Assembly: GCA_044375575.1 (NCBI GenBank)
Contig: JBILMJ010000010.1
Location: forward strand, 2,282 to 66,281
Direction of reading: 5' to 3'
DNA length: 64,000 nucleotides
From: Steroidobacteraceae bacterium
GTDB lineage: Bacteria > Pseudomonadota > Gammaproteobacteria > Steroidobacterales > Steroidobacteraceae
In this document: in pieces, positions 8,951 through 17,331 of the stretch
Position numbering within the stretch: position 1 is the stretch's first letter
How the letters are laid out: every line of letters begins with the position of its first letter
Program-made: the position numbers and the translations under genes
Notes under the pieces: model-generated
What the model saw: only the letters and a program-made list of their open reading frames with translations
Told to the model about the DNA's origin: nothing
The model's database searches: none

Positions 8951-9958
8951 CTAAATCGGTATAGCCTTTTTTTCTAATTTAACTGTCGACTGGCTAATGA
9001 GCGAAAAAAGCGCGTCGGAAAATGCTTCCGCAGCAACACCGGCGTTAGGTGGCATGTAGTCAGTAAACTTTTTTAGAGCTTCTTGGGTCGCCAGATATTG
9101 TTCTGGATAAGTGAGAGACTCAATAATGATCGGGAGATCGGCCATGTTTACTTTTTTTACAAACGGGAACGGAACCGAGGGCGCGCGCGGCGGATTAGTA
9201 TCCGGGACTTTCCAGTCCATCACCGCGATTGGCACGCAACCAACCATAAATCCTTCGGCCATTGTCGACGATTCATCAGAGACGATGCAGTCTGTCAACG
9301 CAATCGCATCAAAGATCTTAGTTTTCGGATCGAGAAAATGAACATTGCTCCATTTTCCACGATGCATGTTAGCCATTTCCTTAACGCGTTGCAGGTGACC
9401 CATACCCTCCCAATATTGCTGTTTAATAAAGATATCTACCGGCAGATGGGTCAGCGCGCGAAGGAATTTATCCTGCTGGTTATCAAATTCCCAGGATGGC
9501 GCGTACAAAATCCGAAGCCGTGACCCCTTAAATATCGAACCAGAAACCGGCGTATGTCGCATTTTCTGAAAGGAGCTATCGGATTTTGGCCATCCCAAGA
9601 CGACGACGCCGTCGCGCGGCTTGCGTTCAACACACCCATACTCGTCGTACATTGATTTCCATGCTTGGTTAGGCAGCATTCCAAGCCGATAATTTCCCCA
9701 CGGCTCTTTATCCCAAAATTTTGGCCAAACATTGTGCGCCTGACCCAGGTCATGCAGCATAACTACAGGATACTCAGCGAGATCAGGGCGATTCTTCTTG
9801 TGATGTCCCAGAAATAGACCGACATGAGACGGAAGAATCATTCTGCGATCAATCGTCATGCTGAGGCCGCGCCGCTGCAATGCGTTTACGATGGGCTCTA
9901 GTGACTGCTCCTCAGTCCAGTCAGTTGGATAAGCGCATAGTATGTGTCTTTTTACCAT
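8951..9958 (-). CDS. TagF-like CDP-alcohol phosphotransferase (CDP-glycerol glycerophosphotransferase family-like)
   Basis: 335 aa. RILYAPSWEF and LTDCIVSDESSTMAEGFMVGCVPIAV resemble the two conserved TagB/TagF-family blocks (ILYAPTxR and DxLITDYSSxxFDF...P). The donor and acceptor are unknown. Confidence 0.5.
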   Translation of the reverse strand: MVKRHILCAYPTDWTEEQSLEPIVNALQRRGLSMTIDRRMILPSHVGLFLGHHKKNRPDLAEYPVVMLHDLGQAHNVWPKFWDKEPWGNYRLGMLPNQAWKSMYDEYGCVERKPRDGVVVLGWPKSDSSFQKMRHTPVSGSIFKGSRLRILYAPSWEFDNQQDKFLRALTHLPVDIFIKQQYWEGMGHLQRVKEMANMHRGKWSNVHFLDPKTKIFDAIALTDCIVSDESSTMAEGFMVGCVPIAVMDWKVPDTNPPRAPSVPFPFVKKVNMADLPIIIESLTYPEQYLATQEALKKFTDYMPPNAGVAAEAFSDALFSLISQSTVKLEKKAIPI

Positions 9959-10010
9959 CGCTCTTTGCTCCTCAAAAATTGTCAGCTTATTGGTTGGCGC
10001 GAAGGAGGGG

Positions 10011-11054
10011 TTATTTGCCGCTTTGAGTCAAATATTCTTTTGAACTGTTCGTGGCGAGTTGCGCTAACAACGTCACCCAGTGTCGAGTTATCGCTGGTCT
10101 ACTAAACTCGTCAATTATCGAGTTAAATTTTTTTAGTTCGTTGAGATGGCTTAAGTTTCGGTGCACTACGACAGACGGCCAGATAGGGGACACCCTGACA
10201 AAATACTTCTCGAATCGGAGGTATGACCGCATAGGCGAGGCAACCGGCACCAGCCCTAGTTGAATAGCGGTAACCAACCGATTTTCGCTAACGCCTGCCT
10301 TTCGCGGATCATTTACATCAGACGGGATGACGACGATGTCTGAGCCCGCGGCCGCGTCCTGAAGATTCGCCAAAGACCATGGGAAAATATCGATGCGAGG
10401 TAATGAAATCGTGGCCCGATGTAACTTGACCCACTCTTGAAGTAATCGGGAGCCAACTGAATCAGTAACGACTTTTAACTGACGAAGGGGCGTGACATTT
10501 AGGGACTGTTCCAGAAAATGGATTAAATACTGAATATTAGTACAAGACCCAAACCATAAAGCACGCCACGGCGGGAGACCTGGCAAGCGCGGCTTTTGTG
10601 GATCTATCTCGCACGGATCGGGAATTTCAACTACATCGCCAACCCATAGTTCCCTAATAAGCTGACTCATAGCCACGGACGGAGTTACAAGTTTATCGGC
10701 GTAAGGCAGCACGTTCTTATAGAAGGCGGTCATCACACCGTCGAATCCGCAGTAATGATCGGTGTAGTCAATAATCACGCGACATCCGGAGGCGTGTAAG
10801 TTCTTGATATACCTAAGCCAAAGGTGTCCACGGGAATCAACTAGGTTCCCACCGATCTTGCCAACATAAATAACGTCTGGTCGAGCATCGAAGCGCTCAC
10901 CTAAAGTCAATCGCCAGCCCAATTCTTGCGCAGCGCGCGCAACCAACGCGCTACGCATTCGAACGCTCGCGAGAGAGTTTTTCTCAAGGGAGGTAATTGA
11001 TTCGTGAGAATTCGGCACTAGGACGTGCAAGTGTTTTTTTTGCGGAATGTTCAT
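10011..11054 (-). CDS. Hypothetical protein, GT-B glycosyltransferase-like
   Basis: The track ORF starts at a TTG (11057), and the adjacent ATG at 11054 is more likely. The C-terminal block GVSENRLVTAIQLGLVPVASP is reminiscent of the GT-B (GT1/GT4) E-x7-E / PVV region. There is no other motif. It is still AT-rich and is the last gene of the island. Confidence 0.35.
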   Translation of the reverse strand: MNIPQKKHLHVLVPNSHESITSLEKNSLASVRMRSALVARAAQELGWRLTLGERFDARPDVIYVGKIGGNLVDSRGHLWLRYIKNLHASGCRVIIDYTDHYCGFDGVMTAFYKNVLPYADKLVTPSVAMSQLIRELWVGDVVEIPDPCEIDPQKPRLPGLPPWRALWFGSCTNIQYLIHFLEQSLNVTPLRQLKVVTDSVGSRLLQEWVKLHRATISLPRIDIFPWSLANLQDAAAGSDIVVIPSDVNDPRKAGVSENRLVTAIQLGLVPVASPMRSYLRFEKYFVRVSPIWPSVVVHRNLSHLNELKKFNSIIDEFSRPAITRHWVTLLAQLATNSSKEYLTQSGK

Positions 11055-11075
11055 CAAGACTTAAGCCGTGATCAC

Positions 11076-11819
11076 TCAACCCGCTGCGTGATGCATGGCG
11101 GCGCGAGCTGATTTAACGACGATTGACTTGTCGATCGGCGCGCTCAACACATCGGCGCACTTTCGCCATGCCTCTCCGTACTCCACTTTTTGATACTCCT
11201 CAAACCACGGCCCTCCTCGCGTGAAATGCACGGCGGTGGGGTCTTCGCAATCCGCAGCGGTGTGCCAGCCCTCGAGATAATTCCAGGTGACGGGCAGTGA
11301 GCCGATCGCATCGTCGGTGAGCCAGTTGAAGCGATGCAGGTAAAGACCGGACTCGCTGTTTACCACATCGGGGGTCAAGGTCTGCACCTGCTCGTGACCG
11401 CAGTTGATGAACATAAAGCTCGACCAATTCTTTCGCGGATACTGTGTCTGCTTCTGGCCGTCCATCTTCACGGTTTCTTTGGGGACGTAGTCGTGTTTCA
11501 CGCAGTAAAGCGCTTTCGAGGGGTCTCGGTAATCGAGAAGCCCGGCGATGTCTTTGCGGAACAGGAAGTCGCAATCGACGAACACCGCCCAGCCGGTGTA
11601 GCCGGCGAGGTAAGGCGTCAAAAAGCGGGTGAACGAAAACTCCGTCGACGACAGCGCATCGGGTCCGCGCCAGTACAGGCCTCGCGCCCGAAGATCATCC
11701 TGCTTGATGGGAATGATCTGTAGCGGGATCGAGCTGTGCTGTTCGAGCGAGCGCTTGCACACCTGATAGGCAATGTCCTCGCGGCTGTCCCAGCCGACAT
11801 AAACACGAAGCGGTTTCAT
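11076..11819 (-). CDS. GT-A fold glycosyltransferase (GT8-like, DxD motif)
   Basis: The track ORF (11076-12350) has an Arg-rich 177-aa extension lying inside the Maf gene in another frame. The credible start is the ATG at 11819 (MKPLRVYVGWDSREDIAYQV...), which forms an ATGA overlap with the Maf stop (11816-11819). WAVFVDCDFLF is a DxD motif. This is the first high-GC gene. Confidence 0.65.
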   Translation of the reverse strand: MKPLRVYVGWDSREDIAYQVCKRSLEQHSSIPLQIIPIKQDDLRARGLYWRGPDALSSTEFSFTRFLTPYLAGYTGWAVFVDCDFLFRKDIAGLLDYRDPSKALYCVKHDYVPKETVKMDGQKQTQYPRKNWSSFMFINCGHEQVQTLTPDVVNSESGLYLHRFNWLTDDAIGSLPVTWNYLEGWHTAADCEDPTAVHFTRGGPWFEEYQKVEYGEAWRKCADVLSAPIDKSIVVKSARAAMHHAAG

Positions 11820-13786
11820 GGGTGGATCTCCTGCGGTTTTTGCGCAAGGGCTGCGGCGACACCGGCGTACAAGTCCGCGGTTTCGGCAGCCTGCTGTTCG
11901 GCCTCTTCGATCAAGCTGAGCAGGCGTTGCGGCACATCGATGGTCGTGCGCTTCGCTTGCTCGTCGAGCTCGGTCAACTGTTTGTTGAGCAGCAGCGACA
12001 CCTCCGGGCAGGCCGAGGCGCGCTTGACGACTCCGCCGTACATCGAAAGGTCGGTCGCCGGCTTCTTTCGCGCGGCACCGATGGCACGCGCGCAAGCCTT
12101 GCGCAGCGCACGAAGTCGGTCGATTTTCTTTCGCAGTCGACCAGCGAGTCCGCGGTTGATTCGGTTGGGCGCAACCAGGTGCGGGGCGCCTTCGGTCACG
12201 GAAATCGCACAACCCACTGCAGGCGAGGCACGATGCACCGCCGCCTCGACGAACTCTGCGCCTTCGATCCGCGCACCGTTCGGAGCGAGGTTGAAAAACT
12301 TCGCCTCTGGCTCGTGACGCTGCCAGTCGCGAAGGAACTCTTCGGTCCATAGGCGATAGGCATCGAGCTCGAGCGTTGTCGCAAGTTGCGAGCCATCGTT
12401 GGCAGTCGCCTGAATCAGGATGCCCTTGCGTGCGCGCTGATCGAGCGGTTGACGCAGATAGCTGCGCTTGTCGGGCGCCAAGGTGAGTTTGTCGCCGGTG
12501 CCCGAGCCATCGGCATAGAGGCGATCGTCCGGGAATCCGAAATCCGCGCCGATGATCGTGACTTCGGTACAGCCGAGCAGCTTGGCGATCTGCAACCCAG
12601 TGTGGAATACGCTGCCGCCCGTCGGAATCGTCGGCAACTTCACCTTGCCGAACACCTCGGAGAGGATCCGCGTGCCATCGCCCGCGAAGTACGGAAGGAT
12701 CGGTCGATCAACGCGCGCCAACACTTCCGGCCACACCGACACTTCTGCGACGAAGCCGGCGATGCCGGAAAGATCGACACCCTCGATGTGCCGAACCTGC
12801 TGGTTCGGATCGAGCATCGCGACGAAATCCGGCGTAATACCGTGCTTGGAAAGCGACTTCAGCGCCTTGTAAGCACAGATGATCACAGGCTTCGGCGTCT
12901 GCGCCTTGATCCATTCGATATGAGTATCGAGCGAGGGACCTGCGCCGATAACGATCGCACCCGATCCCTTGAGTGCATTGACGAGCTTCATCGAGTCGCG
13001 TCCGTGACGAACGAGACTCGGAAGATTTCGGATGAACTGCTTCGCCCAGCTCGCACCGAGAGCGTTGATGGTGTTTCGGTTGATCATCACCTTGCGCAAA
13101 CGGGCGTCCAGCGCCTCCCGAATCGACATTGGGCAATGCACGTCGATGCCCCACAGGCACCACACTCGCTGAGGACGGCAGATCGAAAGCTCAGGCAACT
13201 GGGTCAAGGCCTGATCGGTTTTTCGAACGTCGATCGTGTCCGGATCCTCTGCCGTTTCGTCCCTCAACTCGTCCCATCGAAGAATTCGGATGCACTCACG
13301 CTCACGCAGAGCATCGGCGATCTCCTCGCTCTGCTCCCCTGCAACGACATAAATGTCGTAGCGCGGATCGGCGGATACTTCGAGCGCTTTGTCGACGTAC
13401 TGCGCGATCGGCGTCAGTGACGGTCGTTCCGCCGTCTGCAACCACTCCATGATGAGTTGCTCGTTCGATCGGATAGCAACCAGAAGCTCGACGAAGGCGA
13501 GCGTGGCGTGAATGGCTCCACGATCAACATCTCTCGGGTCGTTCTGCTGCTCGAACGGCTTGGTCCCCTGGAACATCGCCCGCGCGGTGCGCAGCACGAC
13601 CAGTTGATGGCCGATGGCCGTGTCTTCGGCCCCGTCGACGATCAACTGCATGAGCGCACTCTGTGCGCCATGGTAAGCACGCGCCGCCGCGAGCTTTTCG
13701 TTCAAGGCCGCCGAGGCGGACTTGAGGTACTCCGCCAAGCCGGCAACTTCCGGCATCGGCGCGAGATCTTTGACGTGATCGTTCAT
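11816..13786 (-). CDS. maf: Motility accessory factor (Maf, DUF115) flagellin glycosyltransferase-family protein, paralogue 1
   Basis: Start set to the ATG at 13786 (MNDHVKDLAPMPE...), preceded by AAGGAG. The central block AIVIGAGPSLDTHIEWIK...FVAMLDP...IIGADFGFP is the DUF115/Maf core. It is alignable along its full length with the adjacent paralogue. Confidence 0.8.
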   Translation of the reverse strand: MNDHVKDLAPMPEVAGLAEYLKSASAALNEKLAAARAYHGAQSALMQLIVDGAEDTAIGHQLVVLRTARAMFQGTKPFEQQNDPRDVDRGAIHATLAFVELLVAIRSNEQLIMEWLQTAERPSLTPIAQYVDKALEVSADPRYDIYVVAGEQSEEIADALRERECIRILRWDELRDETAEDPDTIDVRKTDQALTQLPELSICRPQRVWCLWGIDVHCPMSIREALDARLRKVMINRNTINALGASWAKQFIRNLPSLVRHGRDSMKLVNALKGSGAIVIGAGPSLDTHIEWIKAQTPKPVIICAYKALKSLSKHGITPDFVAMLDPNQQVRHIEGVDLSGIAGFVAEVSVWPEVLARVDRPILPYFAGDGTRILSEVFGKVKLPTIPTGGSVFHTGLQIAKLLGCTEVTIIGADFGFPDDRLYADGSGTGDKLTLAPDKRSYLRQPLDQRARKGILIQATANDGSQLATTLELDAYRLWTEEFLRDWQRHEPEAKFFNLAPNGARIEGAEFVEAAVHRASPAVGCAISVTEGAPHLVAPNRINRGLAGRLRKKIDRLRALRKACARAIGAARKKPATDLSMYGGVVKRASACPEVSLLLNKQLTELDEQAKRTTIDVPQRLLSLIEEAEQQAAETADLYAGVAAALAQKPQEIHP

Positions 13787-13799
13787 GATGGATGACTCC

Positions 13800-15743
13800 T
13801 TAGCGGTTGCTCGCGCTCGAGCGGCGAGCCATGCGGCGCGCGGCATTAGCGTACAACGCCGCCACCTTGGTGGCCTCTTCACTTGCGACCTCGGCGAGCT
13901 CACGCAAACGCTCGGGCACATCGACGGTAGAGCGACGGACCTGATCGTCGATCACCTGCAATCGACGGGTCAGCACCAACGACACCTCGGGGCAAGCGAC
14001 CGCCTGCTCCGCGACGCGTCCGTAAAGCTTCATGTCACTGGCCTTGCCGTCACGCGCTGCAGCGACCGCCCTATCACAGGTCTTTCCAAGTTGCCGTAAC
14101 GCCTTCGCTTTGCTGCGCAGGCGCGCGGTGATCGAGCTCTTGCCCGACGTGTCGGGCATCAGCGGCGCGAGGCCAGCGACCACCGACTTCGCGTCGGCCG
14201 CAAGCTCGGAAGCCACGTGCTGGGCCGGGTGCTCGATGAACTCGGCACCCTCAACTCGCGCGCCCGTGCGCGAGAGGTTGAAGACGTCGAACTTCAGGCC
14301 ACTGCGATGACAGTCGCGGATGAACTGCTCGGTCCAGCCACGGTAGTGATCGAGTTCGATGGTGCTCGGGATGACGCCGCCGTCGTTGGCGAGCGCGCCG
14401 ATCAGGAGTCCCGAACGGCCGTTGCCATCTTTGGCCCGACGCACATAACTGCGACGGTCGTCCGACAGCATCAACTCATCACCGACGCCCGCGCCGGTCG
14501 CGTAGAGCTGATCCGATGGGAATCCGAAATCGACGCCGGCGAGCGAGACCCGGCTGCAACCCATGATACGGGCCGCCTGCAGCGCAACATGCATCACGCT
14601 GCCGCCCGAGCGAATCATGGGAATCTCGGTGTCACCGAAGGCCTTGATGAGGCTCTCGGTATCCTTGCCCGAACAATACGGAAGGACCGGAACATCGCTC
14701 TGACCGAGGGACTCGGGGTTCACCGCGATCTCCGTGATGATGCCTGCAACGCCACTCAGGTCGACATCTGCCAAATGGTGGGCGCCCTGCTTCGGATCGA
14801 GCATGACGATGAAGTCCGGCGTCACGCCGCCGCGCACCAGCGCCTTGACGGCTTTGTACGAGCAGAGCACCACCGGTCGAACTTTCTGATCACGAATCCA
14901 GGCCACCGACTCATCGAGCGAAGGACCCGCTCCGACGACGACCGCGCCGCATCCAGCGAAGGCGTTCTGCAACCCGCGGATGTCCTTGCCCCGCTGCGCA
15001 AGCGTCGGAATGTTCGCGATGAACTGCTGCGCCCAGCGCTCACCAAGGCTGCCAACGGTGTTGCGATTCATGAAGGCTTTTCGCATGCGCTCATCGAGTG
15101 CGGACTTCGCCGACTCGGGGCACTGCGCGCCGGGGCCCCACAGCAACCACACCCGACCCGGACGGCAGATCGAAAGGTCGTGGATCGACTCCAAGGCCGC
15201 ATCCGTACGAGCGATATCGAGTTGCGACGAATCGTCGTCGCGGGCAAGACCCGACCACTCGAGCACGCGAACGTAACCGCGGTCACGCAGGGTGGCTGCG
15301 ACCATCGTCGCCTCGTCACCGGCGACGACGAAGATGTCGTGGCGCGGATCGGCGTCGATGCCGAGCGCACGGTCTACATAATGAATCACCGTGGGGACGC
15401 CCTCGCGCTCCGACGAGGCGAGCCAGTCGCCGATCAGCTTCTCGGTCTGCTTGATGACGGCGAGCAAGCGAAGGAACTCCGCCGTGTCCTCGATCAAGCG
15501 CGGCGTCAGATCCTCTTCGAATCGCGTCGCCATCGGGTTCGTGCTGTTGAGCATCGCACCAGTCGTACGCACTACGTCGAGTCCATGCGTGACCACATGC
15601 GACGGACGCCCATCGACGATGGCCTGCATAAGCGCCTGTTGGGCATAGCCGTAGCCACGCGCAGCCGCGAGTTTTTCGTTGAGGTCCGGCGTGGATTTGG
15701 TGATCGGCTGAGTCATGGTCATCTCTCCAGAATGAGTCGTCAT
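13800..15743 (-). CDS. maf: Motility accessory factor (Maf, DUF115) flagellin glycosyltransferase-family protein, paralogue 2
   Basis: 647 aa. The core reads AVVVGAGPSLDESVAWIR...FIVMLDP...LAGVDFGFP. The N-terminus (LNEKLAAARGYGYAQQALMQAIVDG) and C-terminus (ACPEVSLVLTRRLQVIDDQVRRSTVDVPERL) are collinear with paralogue 1. The ATG at 15743 lies 3 nt after the fliD stop. The alternative ATG at 15716, six codons into the coding sequence after a GGAG, is possible. Confidence 0.8.
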   Translation of the reverse strand: MTTHSGEMTMTQPITKSTPDLNEKLAAARGYGYAQQALMQAIVDGRPSHVVTHGLDVVRTTGAMLNSTNPMATRFEEDLTPRLIEDTAEFLRLLAVIKQTEKLIGDWLASSEREGVPTVIHYVDRALGIDADPRHDIFVVAGDEATMVAATLRDRGYVRVLEWSGLARDDDSSQLDIARTDAALESIHDLSICRPGRVWLLWGPGAQCPESAKSALDERMRKAFMNRNTVGSLGERWAQQFIANIPTLAQRGKDIRGLQNAFAGCGAVVVGAGPSLDESVAWIRDQKVRPVVLCSYKAVKALVRGGVTPDFIVMLDPKQGAHHLADVDLSGVAGIITEIAVNPESLGQSDVPVLPYCSGKDTESLIKAFGDTEIPMIRSGGSVMHVALQAARIMGCSRVSLAGVDFGFPSDQLYATGAGVGDELMLSDDRRSYVRRAKDGNGRSGLLIGALANDGGVIPSTIELDHYRGWTEQFIRDCHRSGLKFDVFNLSRTGARVEGAEFIEHPAQHVASELAADAKSVVAGLAPLMPDTSGKSSITARLRSKAKALRQLGKTCDRAVAAARDGKASDMKLYGRVAEQAVACPEVSLVLTRRLQVIDDQVRRSTVDVPERLRELAEVASEEATKVAALYANAARRMARRSSASNR

Positions 15744-15746
15744 GGA

Positions 15747-17318
15747 TTAATCGTTATTTCGGTTGAAGGTGCTATCGAGGCGCTTTGAGGTCGCCTTGAA
15801 TTCGGCCAGCACGGCATTGAGTGCTGAGAACTGTCGCTCGTAACGAGCCGTGATCGCTTCGATCTGCTTGTCGAGCTTGGTCTGCTCGGTCTCGATACGA
15901 CTGAGTTTGTTTTGATAGGATTTTTCGACGTCGGCGACGGTTCCCGTGCTTCGCACGAGTCCGAATACGGCGATCGCCATGTCGCCAGCGAGACCGCTCG
16001 CCGATCCCGAATAGAGGTAAGGCTCCGAAGCATTATTCGAGAGGGCTTTCACGACGTCGGTCGGATTGCTCTCGAAGCTCGACTTGAACTTCGCCTCGTC
16101 GAACTGCAGCACGCCCGCGCGATCGAGCGATACGCCAATGACGCTCCAGTGGGTCGCGCTTCCGCTCGCACTCGAAGATCTCGCCGTGAGCTTGGCGCGC
16201 AGGGTGTTCTTGATCCCGCGCACCGAGGTATCGCCCTTGAGGGTCGCCGACAGATCGTTGTCTTCGATCGCCGGGCCGGTCGAGATCCCGATGAATTCCA
16301 TCAGCGTGTTGTAGGCCGCGACGAAATTCTTGGCAGATGCTGCGATATCAGTCGAATCGAATGACACACCGAGCTGAACGGCGGTTGCCGAAGTGCTGTT
16401 GAGCTTCAGCGTCACGCCGTCGAGCGCGTCCGTGACGACGTTGCTCGAGCGCGTCATCGGAATGTCGTTGATCGTGAAAGCGGCATCCTGCACCGTCTGG
16501 AGCGTAGTCGGAAACAGACCGCCGAAGGTGTAGCTGCCTGCAAACGAACCCGTCGTCGCCTGCGACAAGGTGATCTGCTTGGTCGTCGCGTTGATCGCGG
16601 TTACGGTTGTGCCCGCAGGAATGCCTGTTCCCGATATCGTGCTGCCAACCCAGATGCCGTCGACGTTATCCATCTGCAGCGTGGTCGCACCGGAACTGAA
16701 GGCGCTCGGCACTCCCGTCACCGCAGGCAGAGTCGCCGTAAACGAATTGCTGGCGCCCGATGCCCCTTCGAGCACGATCTTGTAATCCGCGCCGGTGTTG
16801 ACGAGCGTTGCCTTGACGCTGCTTCCCGAGGCGTTGATCGCCGAGACGATGCCAGAGACGCTGGTGTTGGCGGTGATGGCGACGGTTTTGTCGAGCGTGC
16901 CGTCGGCTTTGTAGAGCTTGATATCGTACGCAGAAGGGTTCGGCACCGTGCTGTTGCTCGCAAATCCTCCCGAGGCGATGCGCTTCGGTTGGGCGAGCGT
17001 CGTCACCTTGATCGAGTGATTTCCGGGCAAAGCCACTGCGGAACTTCCCGCTTCGGCGACGACCACACCTGAATTCGAGTTCGAGATGCTGAGCTTGTTC
17101 AGCTTGCCGACACTGCCGAGCTCTGTCGCCGCCGCCTGAAGATTCGAAAGCGCACTCTTCAATAGACCCAAGCTTGAAACGGCGACTTCCGCCTTCGTTT
17201 TGTTGGTGTCGATTTGCTTCTGGCGCGGTTCTTTGACCGCATTGACGAGATCCGTCACCAACTGCTTGGTGTCGAGATCTGCGGCGCCGAGGCTGGTGAG
17301 TACGTTTGCGGTAGTCAT
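15747..17318 (-). CDS. fliD: Flagellar filament cap protein FliD
   Basis: 523 aa. The N-terminal coiled region reads LGAADLDTKQLVTDLVNAVKEPRQ. The C-terminus reads KQIEAITARYERQFSALNAVLAEFKATSKRL. An internal flagellin/hook IN-type motif is present (TVAITANTSVSGIVSAINASGSSVKATLV). The gene sits directly after flgL. Confidence 0.9.
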   Translation of the reverse strand: MTTANVLTSLGAADLDTKQLVTDLVNAVKEPRQKQIDTNKTKAEVAVSSLGLLKSALSNLQAAATELGSVGKLNKLSISNSNSGVVVAEAGSSAVALPGNHSIKVTTLAQPKRIASGGFASNSTVPNPSAYDIKLYKADGTLDKTVAITANTSVSGIVSAINASGSSVKATLVNTGADYKIVLEGASGASNSFTATLPAVTGVPSAFSSGATTLQMDNVDGIWVGSTISGTGIPAGTTVTAINATTKQITLSQATTGSFAGSYTFGGLFPTTLQTVQDAAFTINDIPMTRSSNVVTDALDGVTLKLNSTSATAVQLGVSFDSTDIAASAKNFVAAYNTLMEFIGISTGPAIEDNDLSATLKGDTSVRGIKNTLRAKLTARSSSASGSATHWSVIGVSLDRAGVLQFDEAKFKSSFESNPTDVVKALSNNASEPYLYSGSASGLAGDMAIAVFGLVRSTGTVADVEKSYQNKLSRIETEQTKLDKQIEAITARYERQFSALNAVLAEFKATSKRLDSTFNRNND

Positions 17319-17331
17319 TGATCAGCGTCCG

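Noticed and set aside
11820-12350. 177-codon N-terminal extension of the GT-A ORF (track ORF 11076-12350)
   Set aside because: The extension lies wholly inside the Maf coding region in another frame and is extremely Arg-rich. The internal ATG at 11819 gives an ATGA stop/start overlap with maf and a sensible GT-A N-terminus (MKPLRVYVGWD).
14217-15788. 523-aa plus-strand ORF, with similar long ORFs at 12386-13420, 11736-12317 and 13785-14099
   Set aside because: They lie antisense to the Maf genes. They are Arg/Ala/Gly/Asp-rich with no motifs, which is typical of shadow ORFs in high-GC DNA. The Maf frames carry clear family motifs and mutually collinear paralogue similarity.
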